Below, piece by piece: positions 43,121-54,881 of a DNA stretch of 64,000 bases (its first letter is position 1; every line of letters starts with the position of its first letter). Below the pieces are notes generated by a model. That model made no database searches, had not been told where the DNA came from, and saw only the letters and a list, made by a program, of their open reading frames with translations. Source of the DNA: an uncultured Gemmatimonadales bacterium (lineage in GTDB: Bacteria > Gemmatimonadota > Gemmatimonadetes > Gemmatimonadales > GWC2-71-9); assembly GCA_963844035.1 (NCBI GenBank), contig CAWJMT010000005.1, forward strand, positions 1 to 64,000. Reading direction: 5' to 3'. Made by a program: the position numbers and the translations under genes.

Positions 43121-43199
43121 CGGCTATTCTCATTCTCGGCCCGCGCCTTTTGGCGTGGGCCGTTCGCATTCATAGGCGGGTCCCCTCGCAGCCGTTGTG

Positions 43200-44470
43200 G
43201 CGCGAGATTGTCGCATCCAAGGGAGGAAGACCTGCCTCGCGTAGTGGTAGTCGGTGCCGGCGCTGCCGGGACCATGGCGGCGATTTTCGCAGCGTCCGCG
43301 GGTGCGGACGTCCTGCTTCTCGAACGCACCGACGGATGGAGGACGAAAAATCCTCATCTCCGGCGGCGGGCGCTGCAACATCCTGCCCGCGCAGCTCGAC
43401 GAATCCCGGTTCGTGACCGACTCGTCCCCACACACCCTGCGCAACATCGTGCGCTCGTGGCCGCTCGCCGAGCAGGTCGCGTTCTTCGAGCGGGACCTTG
43501 GCGTGCCGCTTGTCGAAGAGGCCGAATCGGGGAAACTGTTTCCCGCGTCGCAGCGCGCGCGGGACGTCCGCGACCGTCTGCTCGCATACGCCGAGGGCCG
43601 CGGTGTGCGCCTCCAGACGAACTCCAGTGTCTTAGACCTGTCGCCATCGCCGACCGGCAGTGGGTGGCGCGTCATGCTCGAATCGGGATCCCCGGTCGAA
43701 GCCGACGCGCTGATCCTTGCGACGGGGGGGCTGTCGGTTCCTCAAACAGGGAGTGACGGACGCGGGCTGATGCTCGTCGCCCGGCTGGGCCACACCATGC
43801 ACCCCACGTACGCCGCGCTCACACCGATCACCGCGCACCCGGCGCCTTTCAGCCACCTGGCAGGTGTATCGCTCACAGTGACCATCACGGCCGAGGATGG
43901 TGCGCGGCGTGCGACTGCGACGGGCGGACTGCTGTGCACGCACCGTGGTTACAGTGGCCCGGCAGTGCTCGATGTGTCGCACATCGCCGTGCGATCAGGG
44001 TCCGACGCGCCGGCGCGCCTTCGGGTCCGTTGGGCCGGGCTCGAGGACGGCGTATGGGAAGAGCGTGCTGCAGCCGCAGGGAGCACGCAGCGTGGCGCGC
44101 GCGTTGCGCGACCATCTGCCCGAGCGGCTCGCGCTCGCGCTGCTCGGCGTTGCCGGCGTGGATCCGGCGCGTTCCGCTGGCGCAACTGCGGCGCGACGAG
44201 CGACTGCGGTTGTTGGAGCTCCTGGAACGCGGGGCGTTGCCCTGGACGGGACACGAAGGCTACAAGAAGGCCGAGGTGACCGGGGGCGGGGTGAGCCTGG
44301 CTGAGATCGACCCTCGAACGATGCAGAGCCGGCGGCACCCGGGGCTGTTTCTGTGTGGGGAGATGCTCGATGCGTTCGGACCGATCGGCGGCTACAACTT
44401 CGTGTGGGCCTGGGTCACGGGGCGCGCGGCCGGCCTCGGCGCGGCGCGGTTGGTCACGGCGAGCAGCTAG
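43200..44470 (+). CDS. HI0933/BaiN-family flavoprotein; frameshifted, start approximate
   Basis: [52 protein letters not shown]. Confidence 0.9.
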
Positions 44471-44684
44471 GGATTCGAAGTTCGCCGCTGGACCTGCTCG
44501 ATTTCCGCCAGACATCTTCGGGCTGATCTGCAGCCCCAGATCGGCACGGCGCTCGCTTATGGTCCGGATGTTCCGCTCCAGCACGTTACTCAGTCGCCGG
44601 ATTGTCGTCGGTGGCAGCCGTCGTCAGTGGGGGGCGTCGGGGCGTTACTCACGGGACGCATCCTAGGGTGCGCGTGCTACAAGT

Positions 44685-45646
44685 CTAGTGACATACTCCA
44701 CCACCGCGATCCCAGCTGGTGCCGTTCACTCCCAGGAAGGCACGGCGATACGCGGCGGCGCCGAGGGTCAGCTTCAACACCCCGTAGTGGCCCTGCACCT
44801 GGTAGGCGCTGTTTGGGGCGGTCTTGGCCCGGAAGCCGCGCAGCACACCGCCCCCGGTCCCCGTGACGATTTGGGTGATGCCCTTGGTCGAATCCACGGT
44901 TCCTTCGGGGGTCTGCGGCAGGAAGCGCTCGTAGTCGTGGTCGTGACCGTTGAGGACGAGATCGACGCCGCCGGCGTACAGGAGCTGCCAGAAGGGCGCC
45001 ACCCGTCTATCGGACCCATGCCAGCCCGAGCTGAACCGGGGATGGTGCCAGTATGCCACCGTGCACAGTTGTGTGTTGCTCTTGAGATCCTGCTCGAGCC
45101 AGTCCAGTTGTGCTTTCCGCTCCGCGTCAGCGAACCCAACGTTCACCATGATTTCGCTGTTGAGGACGATGGCGTGCCATGCCCCCACGTTGTAGCTGTA
45201 GTATCCCTTGTTCGACGGGCCGGCGCGGCTTCCGAAATACTGGTAGTAGGGGGATGCCCCGCCGGAGAGATGTTCATGGTTCCCTACCGCGGGACGAATA
45301 TTCTTCATGATCAGCTTGGCAGAATCACCCCACGTTATCGCAAAGCACCTGGTGAAATCGCTCGCGGTGCCATTGGGGTAGGCGTTGTCGCCCAGCGTGA
45401 ACACTTCGTCGTGAACCTTGGCCGCACTGTCGGCGCGCAGCACGCTGTCGATCAGCTTGGCGGTCTTTGCCGCTCCGATGTTGTTGTCGCACCCGATGTC
45501 GCCGGTACCGATCAGGACCGACGCGCCACTCAGCGCTACCTCAGCGGCGGGAGCCTCAGCAGGGGGGGGAGTCAACTCGACGGCGGTGCGCACGTAAGAC
45601 CCACGCCGAGCAGGACGAGTAGCGCAGGGAACGAGAACGACCGCAT
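44685..45646 (-). CDS. Calcineurin-like metallophosphoesterase, probable lipoprotein
   Basis: GDI, LGDNAY, GNHE, WHHP, NGHDHDYER; frameshifted N-terminal lipobox. Confidence 0.88.
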
Positions 45647-45720
45647 TCGGGTGACCCTTTTCACGGTGTGAGCATTGCCGCTGGTAGGACGGTGTCGAGA
45701 AAAAACGAGCAAGCCGTGAA

Positions 45721-48280
45721 TCAGCACCGTCCGCTCGTGTCCAGTCGCCGACACACCCTGATGGCGGTGGACGGGTCCGGAACGCCGATCCAGAACCCAA
45801 CGCCCACCGTCTTGTGCCACCCACCGGGTGACGCCCCATCGACAAAGACCCGGCCGGCGTCCGCCATTCCGAAGATTCCCACGTCCCACGGGAGAATATA
45901 CCCGAACCTGGCCAGCCGAACCCGAAGCTCGGCACCGCCGTATAGAGACCCATCCCCGGCGTACCGCTGCGTGTCGACACTCCGCAGCATGTTGCGGCCG
46001 CCGATGAACGCCGCATCGTGAAACGGGAAAGCCCCGTACAGCTTCTTGCCGACGCCGCGCAGGACGAGGATCGGATGCATAGGAATGGGGAACTTGAGAT
46101 AGGTCGTGGCAACTCCCGCGATCGCGCCATACTCGCTGGTGACATCCCAGAGGGCAGGGTAGACGTTGCCCGTGAGGTCCAGCGTGAGCCCGCGGGCCGG
46201 GTCTCTGGGGACATCCCGCGTGTCGTGATGCAAACCGAGCTGCAGACCCACCTGACCGAAACGGCCGAAACCGTACGGCTGGGTGAGCGAGAGGAATTTG
46301 TCGGGTGTGCTGTCGGTGACAGTGAACTGGACCACGGGTCCAAAGTACAGCTCGCTGCGGAGACCGTATGAGCGCGCGATGGCCGGTTGCAGCAGCCACT
46401 GGCGGTGTCGTGCATCAAAGAAGGCGATGCTGCTGGCCGCGCTCGGCACATCGTTGCCGTAGCCGTAGAAGCTGACCATCTCGAGCTGTGACATTTGAGC
46501 GGTGAGGGCAAAATGCACCGGGGAGTCTTCGCGTCGCTTATCCCATAAGAACGCGACCTTGAATCCATTCAGGCCCGATGAGTAATCAGCCCTCAGTCCC
46601 ACCATGCTCGAATACGGCCGGTGGCGGAAGCTGTAACGGTATTTCCTGAATCCCACACTCGGGACGACGCCCAGATCGCGGTACGTGCCCAGGCCCACCA
46701 CGGGCGTGACCTTGGTCCCCCGATCGCGGCCCGGCAACAGGAGGTGACCGTCTTGTTTGACCCAGGGCCGCCGGTTGAAGAACGTGTCCTTGGGGTACTC
46801 GACACCCTTCGTGTGTTCAACGTCGTACAGGTTCGCCCGCTGACCGTGACCGTCCACCCTGGACGAATCGATCAACCCGTTGGTGCCGTTCCCGCCGATG
46901 ATGCGGACGGGGATGCTCCGCTGAACCTTGCCGATGACGAAGGCGCTGTCATCGCCGCCGTGCAGATACACCCGGATTTCCGAAGTCTCCCGCGCGTCAA
47001 ACCGCCGCAGGAAGTACGGCGCGTTCTCCCCCGACTGCAGGCGCACTTCGACGATCCCGTCATTGCATCGCGTGACGGTGACCCGGTCGGCGGCGTCGGT
47101 GGCATGGATGTCGGCGACCGCGGCGAGCGCGGAGTAGAAACGGTTCGCCATGTCCGGCAGTCCGTCGCGGCGCTGCTTGAGGGTTTGGGCCATCAGCGGC
47201 GCCGACGGCTGATACTCCGGGGGCAGGGCCTGCACGCCGGCATCGATCACCGCATCGGTGACCCGTCGCATCAGTTCGCCGACTACCGAGTCCCACACTG
47301 GTTTCTCCAGCCCGCCCAGCATCCGCCGGTCGAACTCGAGACTGTTCCATGTCATGGCCCGGACGCTCGGGAGCGAGCCCTCGAACTCGGCCATGTTGGG
47401 ATACGGCTTCCGGGCCATGTCCATGATCACCCCGCCGGAGGCCGTAAACGCATGGTCCCGGTCGCGTGATATGGGCTCCCACAGGCTTCCGGCGCCCGGT
47501 TGGAAGCGAGCCCACTTCCATTGGCCTCCGTGTCGGTCCCAATCATTGAACAGCATGTCCATCAGGCGCGCGGTGAGGAGCGCGGGCGCGTCGAACCGCT
47601 GCACGCGGGTCGCTGTCGAGCAGCGCCAGCAGTTCGTCGCTGTCGATGATCTTGAGCGCGCCCGCAAAGCCGTCGCCGTGCTGCGGTTTGCTGGGGTATT
47701 GCTCGATCATGCCAAGGGTGCCGGCGAACTCCGCCCGAAACGTCCCCAGCGCAGGGTCGTCCGGCATGACCACGAAGACCGGCGTCACATGGAGCACGCC
47801 CGCGGCTTCGAGCATCGGCGCGGCGAGCAGGGCGCCCGCCGGATGGCTCGCGCTGACCTGATCGCGGAAAACCTTGTCCACCACCGTTCCCTTGAACCTC
47901 TTGGGCGTGGTGAGCTTGCTCTTGTCCACCATGCGGAAGACGTAGTCGACGCCATCCGGGTTGAGGAAGCGCAGCGACCGCGTTGTATTCCCGCCCCCCA
48001 CCTTGTCCGGGCGCAGGCCGCCGGCGAAGGTGCGCAGGTTCAGGACCTGCACCCGCATCGGCCTCCCCCAGAGGTCCCGATAGGTATCTCCCAGGAGCCA
48101 GCGGTGAAAACCACCCGCCTTGTACCGGGTGCCGGCGGCGATCACGACGCTCTCGTCGCCCGTCCCGCGCGCCGTCTCGGTCTTCGCGCTGGCGAGCGAC
48201 GGCGCGGTCTGCTGAGCGGCCGCGCGCGACGGCGCGAACGCCAGCAGCAGGGCCGCGAAGGCGAACCCGTGGTGCTTCAC
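45721..48280 (-). CDS. Large exported protein: atypical-kinase-like N-terminal region plus Omp85/BamA-TamA-like barrel; frameshift near 47605
   Basis: Signal peptide; GGGNTT.SL, DWDRH, RDRDHAF; C-terminal IGG..MLR....RYAGD, AELR, DAGRV, GVGFW. Confidence 0.75.
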
Positions 48281-49214
48281 GGCGCCTCTGGTTGAGCGCC
48301 GGCCAAGGGCCAGCGATACAGCGTGATAGCGGCGGATCCGCCACCCTTCTTCTTTGTTGGGGGTGCCGACTCGTCGCTGACAATCAAGAAGCTGTCCGGC
48401 GTGATCACGACTCCTTCGGGTTGGGCATGCTCTCCCGGAATCAAGCGGGCGAGGACCACCGTGCCGGCCGGCGTGATTTCCACGAGCGCCTTCTCACGTC
48501 CAGCGATGATGACGTAATTGCCGTTGAACGGGTCGATCGTGATATCGGACGGGTGAAAGCCATCCCACCCGTTCGATCCGATCACCTGGGTGAGGGGCAC
48601 GGTGATCTGGGAACGTTTCCCACTCCCGAGGTTCCAGCGAACGATGACCAGATCGTCCTTGAGACTCTTGGTTCGTACGACCTTGCAAGCGAGGAGCAGC
48701 GCGTGGCGGGCCGGCTCGAACGCCAGGCCCTCGAACTCGCACTCGCGGCCCAGCCCCGTGTCGTGGATGGTGTACTCCACGCGGGTGTCGTTGGCGCCTT
48801 CCTGGAGCATGTACAGCTTGCCGGTGCTGGCCAGCAGAATCACCGTGTCGCCGACGACCGTGATCGCTTCGAAATCGTCATGCACGGTCGGCTTCCCGAG
48901 CGAGAACTGCTTGACCACCACGCCGCGTCGATAGTCGATCTCGAGCACCTGACCCCGCTGGTCCCCATGCGTGAGGAGCCGCCCGTCGGCGGTCAACGCG
49001 AGTCCTGAAATCTCCTTGAGCTCTTGCGGCATGAGCCACCGGGCGATCGCGGCTCCGGCGTCGGGTTGGGCCGACGTTCTGGGCGAATCGGGCCTCCCGG
49101 GCCGCCAGCTCGGTGCTGTCCCCGCCCGGGGTTGCACTGCTGTCCTTGCGGCCCGCAGGCGGCTCCAACCAGCAGGGTGCCGAGGAGCCAGGCGGAACCG
49201 GGCAGCGCGGTCAT
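48277..49214 (-). CDS. SdiA-regulated (YjiK-like) beta-propeller lipoprotein; frameshifted
   Basis: Lipobox VGAAC; LKEISGL, DFEAIT, EFEGL, PSDI, QPEGV repeats. Confidence 0.8.
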
Positions 49215-50324
49215 CCGGCTGCTTCCGCCTTCTTTTCGAGCGCCCGCTTTTCGATCGGCGTGGGGTCGCTGATCTCCAGGTCGGCCGACACGATGCTGTC
49301 ACCGGCCGTCGCGCGGATGGCGGTCAGGAACTCGTCCCGGGTGGCGGACTTCCGTATCCGCACGAGGTAGTAGAGCTCGGAGGGCTTGCCGTCGTTGCTC
49401 ACGACGTCGTCCAGCTTCCAGCGTTTGGCGATCTTGTCGAGCACCACATGCACGAGCTGCTGCGTCTCGCTGAGGGCATTGGTGGTAATCGAGAGAATGG
49501 CATTGTACCGGGGCTTCTTTTCGTCGTGACCGAGGACATCGCCCACTCGTTTGAAGCGCGCCGCCAGGGAGCCGACCTGATTCGGGGTGAGCGCGAGCAC
49601 CAGGTCGCGGTCCGGTATCGTGTTGCCGTTGCGTTTCTCCGCCAGGTTGGCGCAGCGGCCCGGTCCACTGCGAGGACGCCGTCGGCTCGAGCACATTGCG
49701 GCCGAAGTCGTAACGCCAGATCAGGATCAAGAGGAAGTTGAACACGACGGAAACCACCACACCGACCGTGAGCGATTGCACGCCGGCCGCGAACCCGACC
49801 GCGATCGCGAGAAAGATGAACACAACATCCCGCGAGTCCTTGAGCGTGGTTCGGAACCGTACGGCCGAGACCACGCCGGCGAGGCTGAACGCCAGCGCGA
49901 GGCTATTTTGGACGATGAGGATGACCCCCGCAACGACGATCGGCAGGATGATGAGCGTTTGCACAACCGACTGGTTGTATGTCCGGGTGCGCTGCGCCGA
50001 CATGTACACCCACGACACCGGCAGCATCAGTGCGAGCGTGGCGAGCATGATCAGGAGAGTCGTGATCGCGAGCTCGACGGGAGGCGCGAGTTGCGCAGCC
50101 GGAGCCTTGGTCTGGCTCGACGTCAAACCGTCCTGCAAGAGCTGGGGGGCGGTCTGGGTGATCTGGTTCAACCGCTCGCCGGAAAACAGCGCGTTGCCGA
50201 TCGGGAAGAAATGCAGGAGGACGGCGCCAAATGCGGCCAGCGCGATGTAGTAGGCCACGAGGCGCAGGACCGGCCGCTCGGAGCTCAAGGTGAAGAAGTC
50301 CAGGAACCGCTTGAAGAAGCCCAT
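49211..50324 (-). CDS. DUF4956-family membrane protein; frameshift near 49660
   Basis: NSLALAFSLAGVVSAVRFRTTLKD.RD..FIF.AIAVG.A.G. Confidence 0.82.
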
Positions 50325-50549
50325 CCGTCCTCCTAATCAAATTGGGAGCGTCGCGCGGAACGCCGGGGGACACGGGGGTCACCGGTGCGCTTCCAGCCTT
50401 GCATGCTAGAATTCCCGCAGGATAGAGAAGAATGCACAGACGGCCGGGGGCCGGTCTATCGTTCCCTTGGATGATGTCCGGCGGGATGGGACGAATTCGC
50501 GGCGGGGCGGGGTATCACGCCAACCACCATTTGCGGAGGAGGATGTTGC

Positions 50550-51193
50550 ATGCTGAAAGGCGCACGAGTGGTCTTCATGTTTGTCCTGAGTACTGTCGGC
50601 GCCGGCAGCGTCGGAGCGCAGGACCTCGCGCAGCTGTGCCAGTCCGCCGCCCACGTGACCGTGGGCCAGTGGGCATCGTACACCCACAGCGGAGCCCAGG
50701 ACGACGGCGCGCAGGTGCGGTTCGCGATCGTGAGCACCGAGCGGCGCGGCGACAGCACGCTTCTACTGGTTCGAGGTGAAGCGCTCAGGGGCGGCCAACG
50801 CCTCGCACAACGGCGTCGTCCAGGTGCTCGTCCCGGGCTTCGGTGCTGAGATGATCGGGATCCGCGCCATGGTGATGCAGCAGGGCCAGCAGCCGGCGAT
50901 GCGGTTCCCGGATGAGATGGTCGGCATGATGGGCCAGCAGGTCGGGCAGAACACCCCGGTGCTCGGCATCGTGCTCCACTGCGCCAGCGCGAAAGTGATT
51001 GGATGGGAAAACGTGGTCACGCCATCGGGAACCGGTCCGTGCGTTGCACGTGACGGATCCCGAGGGAATGGAGGCGTGGCGTGTGGCGAACGTGCCGTTT
51101 GGCTTCGTGAAGATGCGTATGAAGGACGGCTCGGGGATGACGCTGGCGAGCCATGGCGCGAGCGCGACGTCGTCGATCGTCGGGATGCCGTAG
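50550..51193 (+). CDS. Hypothetical secreted protein; frameshifted
   Basis: RBS GGAGGAGG, signal peptide, continuous coding over three frames. Confidence 0.55.
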
Positions 51194-51207
51194 GCGCCGT
51201 CGAAGGT

Positions 51208-54126
51208 CTACCGCCGCGCTTCGCCGGCCAGGCGGGTCAGGCCCGCGCGGGCTTCGGCGACATAGGGTTGGAGCGCCGAGTCGGCGCGCGCCCACGCGGC
51301 GGTGACATAGCCATAGCCCGCGCGCGCGGTGTCGCGGTTACCCAGCTGCTCGTGCACCCTGCCGCGCTCGAGCTCCCATAGCACACGCACCGGCGACGTC
51401 GCCGAGCGCTCGTCCCAGTCGGGAGTTCTCGCGAGCCGTTGCGCCGCCTCGCGGTAGTGGCCCTGAGCGGCCATGAGCTTGATCCGCACCAGGCCGTCGA
51501 GGCTGCATTTCCAGAAGCACGCCGAGTCGGGAAGGGCGTCGAGCAGGTGCATGGCGGTGACGCTGTCGCCTCGCGCCAGGGCCAGGTAGGCCCGCGAGGA
51601 CAGCGCAACGTACCCCAGGACGTCTCTCGCCACTGGGGATATGGGCACCGGCGGCCGCCGCAGCCCCGTCGCTGCCCAACGCTCGATACTCATGATCGCG
51701 GCCGTGTCGCGCCGTTCGGCCCACCACGGCAGGGACCACCACAGCCGCGTGTCCGCGATGTCCTGCCACCCAATCCAGCTGCGGAACACTGCCGCCACGG
51801 TGTCGGCCGGGATACTGCCGAGCAGGGCAGTCTGGGCAAACAGCATGTGATCCTCACGCCCGCCCAACCGATACGCTTCCTGCAAGTGCCCGCGATAGGC
51901 CAGCGCCAGGGACAGCCCCGTACCCCCGATGACGGTGTCCTTCCCCGTCGTGGCTTCGCGCAGCATGCGATCCCGGTGCCGCCGCGCGAACCACACACCC
52001 GTCTCGGCTGAGTCCGGCCAGGCGGCGACCGCGAAGAAGGCGAGGTGCTGGCCGTGCATTGGCATCGTGTCGATCAGGTGCACCGTCTCCTGGGACCGCG
52101 CGACCTGCGGATCGAGCAGCCGTAGGATCAGCTCCGTGCTGGTCGCGTAGTATCCCGTGGCGCCGGCGCGCAGGTAGCCGCGCGAATACCGGCGTGCCGC
52201 CTCGGGCCCGCGCAGGTCGAGCGCGAGCTTGATCGCGTGCACGTACGACGGCGTGAACGCCGAGTCGAGCGCGATCGAGCGATCGAACGCGTCCAAGCTG
52301 CTGCGCCGGTCCAAGCCGGCGTAGTCTCCCACGTGGTAGGTCGCGTCCCCCAGCATGTACCACAGCTCGGGATCGGTGGGGTAGCGTCGCACGGCGTCCG
52401 TCAGCGTCGCGAGCATGCGCCGGGCGTACGGGAAGGCCCGGCCCCCCAGCTGGTCGCCGCCGCCATACACGACGGCCCCGAGCGACTCGGACTGCACGAT
52501 CAGGCTCTCGCGCGGAGCGAGCCCGTGGTTCAGGGTGCCGGCGCGCAGTTTGTACGTGAGCGACAGGGTATCGCCGGCCGAGTGGGCCCAACCGGCCGCG
52601 AGCCCGGCATGGCTCCATGCCAGTGCGAAACCGGAGTCCAGCGCGATCGCGTGCTGGTCGTACACGATCGCCGAGTCCCACTGCGAGCGCCGCAGGAACT
52701 GCTCGCCCTGGAGGAATGCTTTCAGGGCCGGCAGCGAGCTCGAGCCCAGGGGGGTGCCGCGCACCAGCCCGATCGGGCGAGAGCGCCCGACCTCACGCAG
52801 CACGCGCACCGCGAGGGAGTCGGCCACGCGGTCCATACGCGCCGAGCGGTCCCGCACCTCGATCTCGCCCAGGGTGGTACCGCTCGCCACGTCGAACACC
52901 GTCGCGCTCAAGCGTACGGAATCCGCGCCAGCTCCCACGAGCCCTCCGAATACGACCGTGCGCGCTCCCGTCTCTTTCCCGAGCTTCCGTGCGGATACGG
53001 CGTCGGCGCGCCCACTCCAGCGGCGCACCACGACCGTGGGGGAGACGGTGCGGAGGGGACCGGCGCCGTCGAGGCTTCGGGACAAGACATCCACCAATCC
53101 CTCGCGCCACAATGCGAGGCTGGGATCGAGCACGTCGAACGGTGCGACCGCGATGCGGTCGGCGTCGAGCGGCATCGCCGGCCGTGATTGGATCGCCAGC
53201 CACGCCGCGCCGGCGACGACGACCATCCCCAACCCGGCGAACACCGCACCACGCGGCCGGCGTCGCGGGATTTTCAACTCTACCGTGCCGGTCGCGCTCT
53301 CGAGCTCGTCGCGCACCTGGCCGGCGGTCTGCGGGCGCCGGGCGGGGTCCTTATTGAGGCAGCGCATGATCAGATCGGCGAGCGCCGCCGGGATGTCGGG
53401 CCGGTGCTCGGCGACCGGGGTGATGCGCTCCACCACGTGCGCCGCCAGCATCTGGTGGGGTGCGAGATCGACGAATGGCGGCCGGCCGGCGAGCATCTCG
53501 TATCCCATGGCGCCGAGGGCGTAGATGTCGGCGCGGGAGTCCACGTTGGGATCGCCCGCTGCCTGCTCCGGCGCCATGTACGCCGGCGTGCCGAGCACCA
53601 CCCCGAGCGACGTGAGGGCGGCGTCGCCGCCGGACCGGCTCAACGCCTTCGCGACGCCGAAGTCCGTCACCAGCGCGTGGTGGTCCGAGATGAGCACGTT
53701 GTCGGGCTTGATGTCGCGATGCACGACGCCGCGCGCGTGCGCATACGCCAGCGCGCCCGCCACCTCGCGCAGCGCGCGCACGGCGTCGCGCACGGGCAGT
53801 TTGCGCTCGCGCGCGAGGCGCGTCCGCAACGACTCGCCCTCGACGAACGGCATGGTGTAGTAGAAGACCTCGCCCGAACCGCCCGCGGCGAGGAGCGGGA
53901 CGATGTGCGGGTGCTGCAGCGATGCTGCGAGCTGAATCTCCCGATGGAAGCGCTCGGCGTTGATGCCGGCAGCGAGCTCCGGAGGAAGCACCTTCACGAC
54001 GACCTTGCGGCCGAGACCCGTCTCCTCGGCCAGGAACACGCGGCTCATCCCGCCGCCACCGAGCTCCTGCTCGAGGCGGTATCCCGCTCCCAGAGCGGTC
54101 TGCACGCGGTCCCGTAGGTCAGCCAT
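51208..54126 (-). CDS. Hanks-type Ser/Thr kinase with TM segment and TPR-like C-terminus
   Basis: GGGGMSRV, VVVK, HRDIKPDN, DFG, GTPAYMAPE. Confidence 0.95.
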   Translation of the reverse strand: MADLRDRVQTALGAGYRLEQELGGGGMSRVFLAEETGLGRKVVVKVLPPELAAGINAERFHREIQLAASLQHPHIVPLLAAGGSGEVFYYTMPFVEGESLRTRLARERKLPVRDAVRALREVAGALAYAHARGVVHRDIKPDNVLISDHHALVTDFGVAKALSRSGGDAALTSLGVVLGTPAYMAPEQAAGDPNVDSRADIYALGAMGYEMLAGRPPFVDLAPHQMLAAHVVERITPVAEHRPDIPAALADLIMRCLNKDPARRPQTAGQVRDELESATGTVELKIPRRRPRGAVFAGLGMVVVAGAAWLAIQSRPAMPLDADRIAVAPFDVLDPSLALWREGLVDVLSRSLDGAGPLRTVSPTVVVRRWSGRADAVSARKLGKETGARTVVFGGLVGAGADSVRLSATVFDVASGTTLGEIEVRDRSARMDRVADSLAVRVLREVGRSRPIGLVRGTPLGSSSLPALKAFLQGEQFLRRSQWDSAIVYDQHAIALDSGFALAWSHAGLAAGWAHSAGDTLSLTYKLRAGTLNHGLAPRESLIVQSESLGAVVYGGGDQLGGRAFPYARRMLATLTDAVRRYPTDPELWYMLGDATYHVGDYAGLDRRSSLDAFDRSIALDSAFTPSYVHAIKLALDLRGPEAARRYSRGYLRAGATGYYATSTELILRLLDPQVARSQETVHLIDTMPMHGQHLAFFAVAAWPDSAETGVWFARRHRDRMLREATTGKDTVIGGTGLSLALAYRGHLQEAYRLGGREDHMLFAQTALLGSIPADTVAAVFRSWIGWQDIADTRLWWSLPWWAERRDTAAIMSIERWAATGLRRPPVPISPVARDVLGYVALSSRAYLALARGDSVTAMHLLDALPDSACFWKCSLDGLVRIKLMAAQGHYREAAQRLARTPDWDERSATSPVRVLWELERGRVHEQLGNRDTARAGYGYVTAAWARADSALQPYVAEARAGLTRLAGEARR

Positions 54127-54221
54127 GACGCGGAAGATACCCCATGCCTACGGAGCCGTGCCGGTGTGGGTTCCGACGGTGCTAGATTAGGCGCCGATGC
54201 CCGCTACCGGGGAGATGCACC

Positions 54222-54881
54222 ATGCCGCCAGCTCGTCGCGTTACACCCTATCCAATGGTCCTGCTCACCGGCGCCCTGCTCACCATCGTGGCGGCCATGG
54301 TCCATCCCCATCTGGGCGGCGACGGTGCGCATGAGCTCGCTACCATCGCCCGCTCGACTGCGTGGCCGGCGATCCACTGGGCGTTCCTGTTCGGTTTCGC
54401 GCTCAGTCTGACGGGGCTGGTCGGTGTGGTGGGCCGCTGCGCGGGTACGCCCGGCGAGGCGACAGGGCGGGGCGGGCTCATGGTGGGGGTGTTCGCCTAC
54501 AGCGCCTGGATGGTGGTCGTGACCTTCATGCTGGGGTCCGGCTGGACGCTGGCTCGCAGCTACGCGGCCGCGGACGGGGGGACGGCCGCAACCCAGGCGG
54601 TGTTCGTGTACGAGATGCTGCGCCCGTTCGCACTGGCGGCGCAACGGACAGCCGGGTTCGCACTGGGTATCTCGACCGCCCTACTGGGGTGGGGAGTGCT
54701 CCAGGCACGCCTGGAGCCGCGCTGGCTCGGCTGGTTCGGCGTGGGGAGCGGACTCATCGCCATCGGCCTGGCGGTGCTGTTCGGGGAAGCGACGAAGGCC
54801 GACCAAGCGGCCTTCGTGCTCCCCGTCCTCTGGCAGTTTGTGACCGCCCTCCTGCTGCTCGCCGAACGGCGCGCCGGCTAG
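54222..54881 (+). CDS. Hypothetical membrane protein
   Basis: About six hydrophobic segments; RBS GGAG. Confidence 0.65.
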   Translation: MPPARRVTPYPMVLLTGALLTIVAAMVHPHLGGDGAHELATIARSTAWPAIHWAFLFGFALSLTGLVGVVGRCAGTPGEATGRGGLMVGVFAYSAWMVVVTFMLGSGWTLARSYAAADGGTAATQAVFVYEMLRPFALAAQRTAGFALGISTALLGWGVLQARLEPRWLGWFGVGSGLIAIGLAVLFGEATKADQAAFVLPVLWQFVTALLLLAERRAG

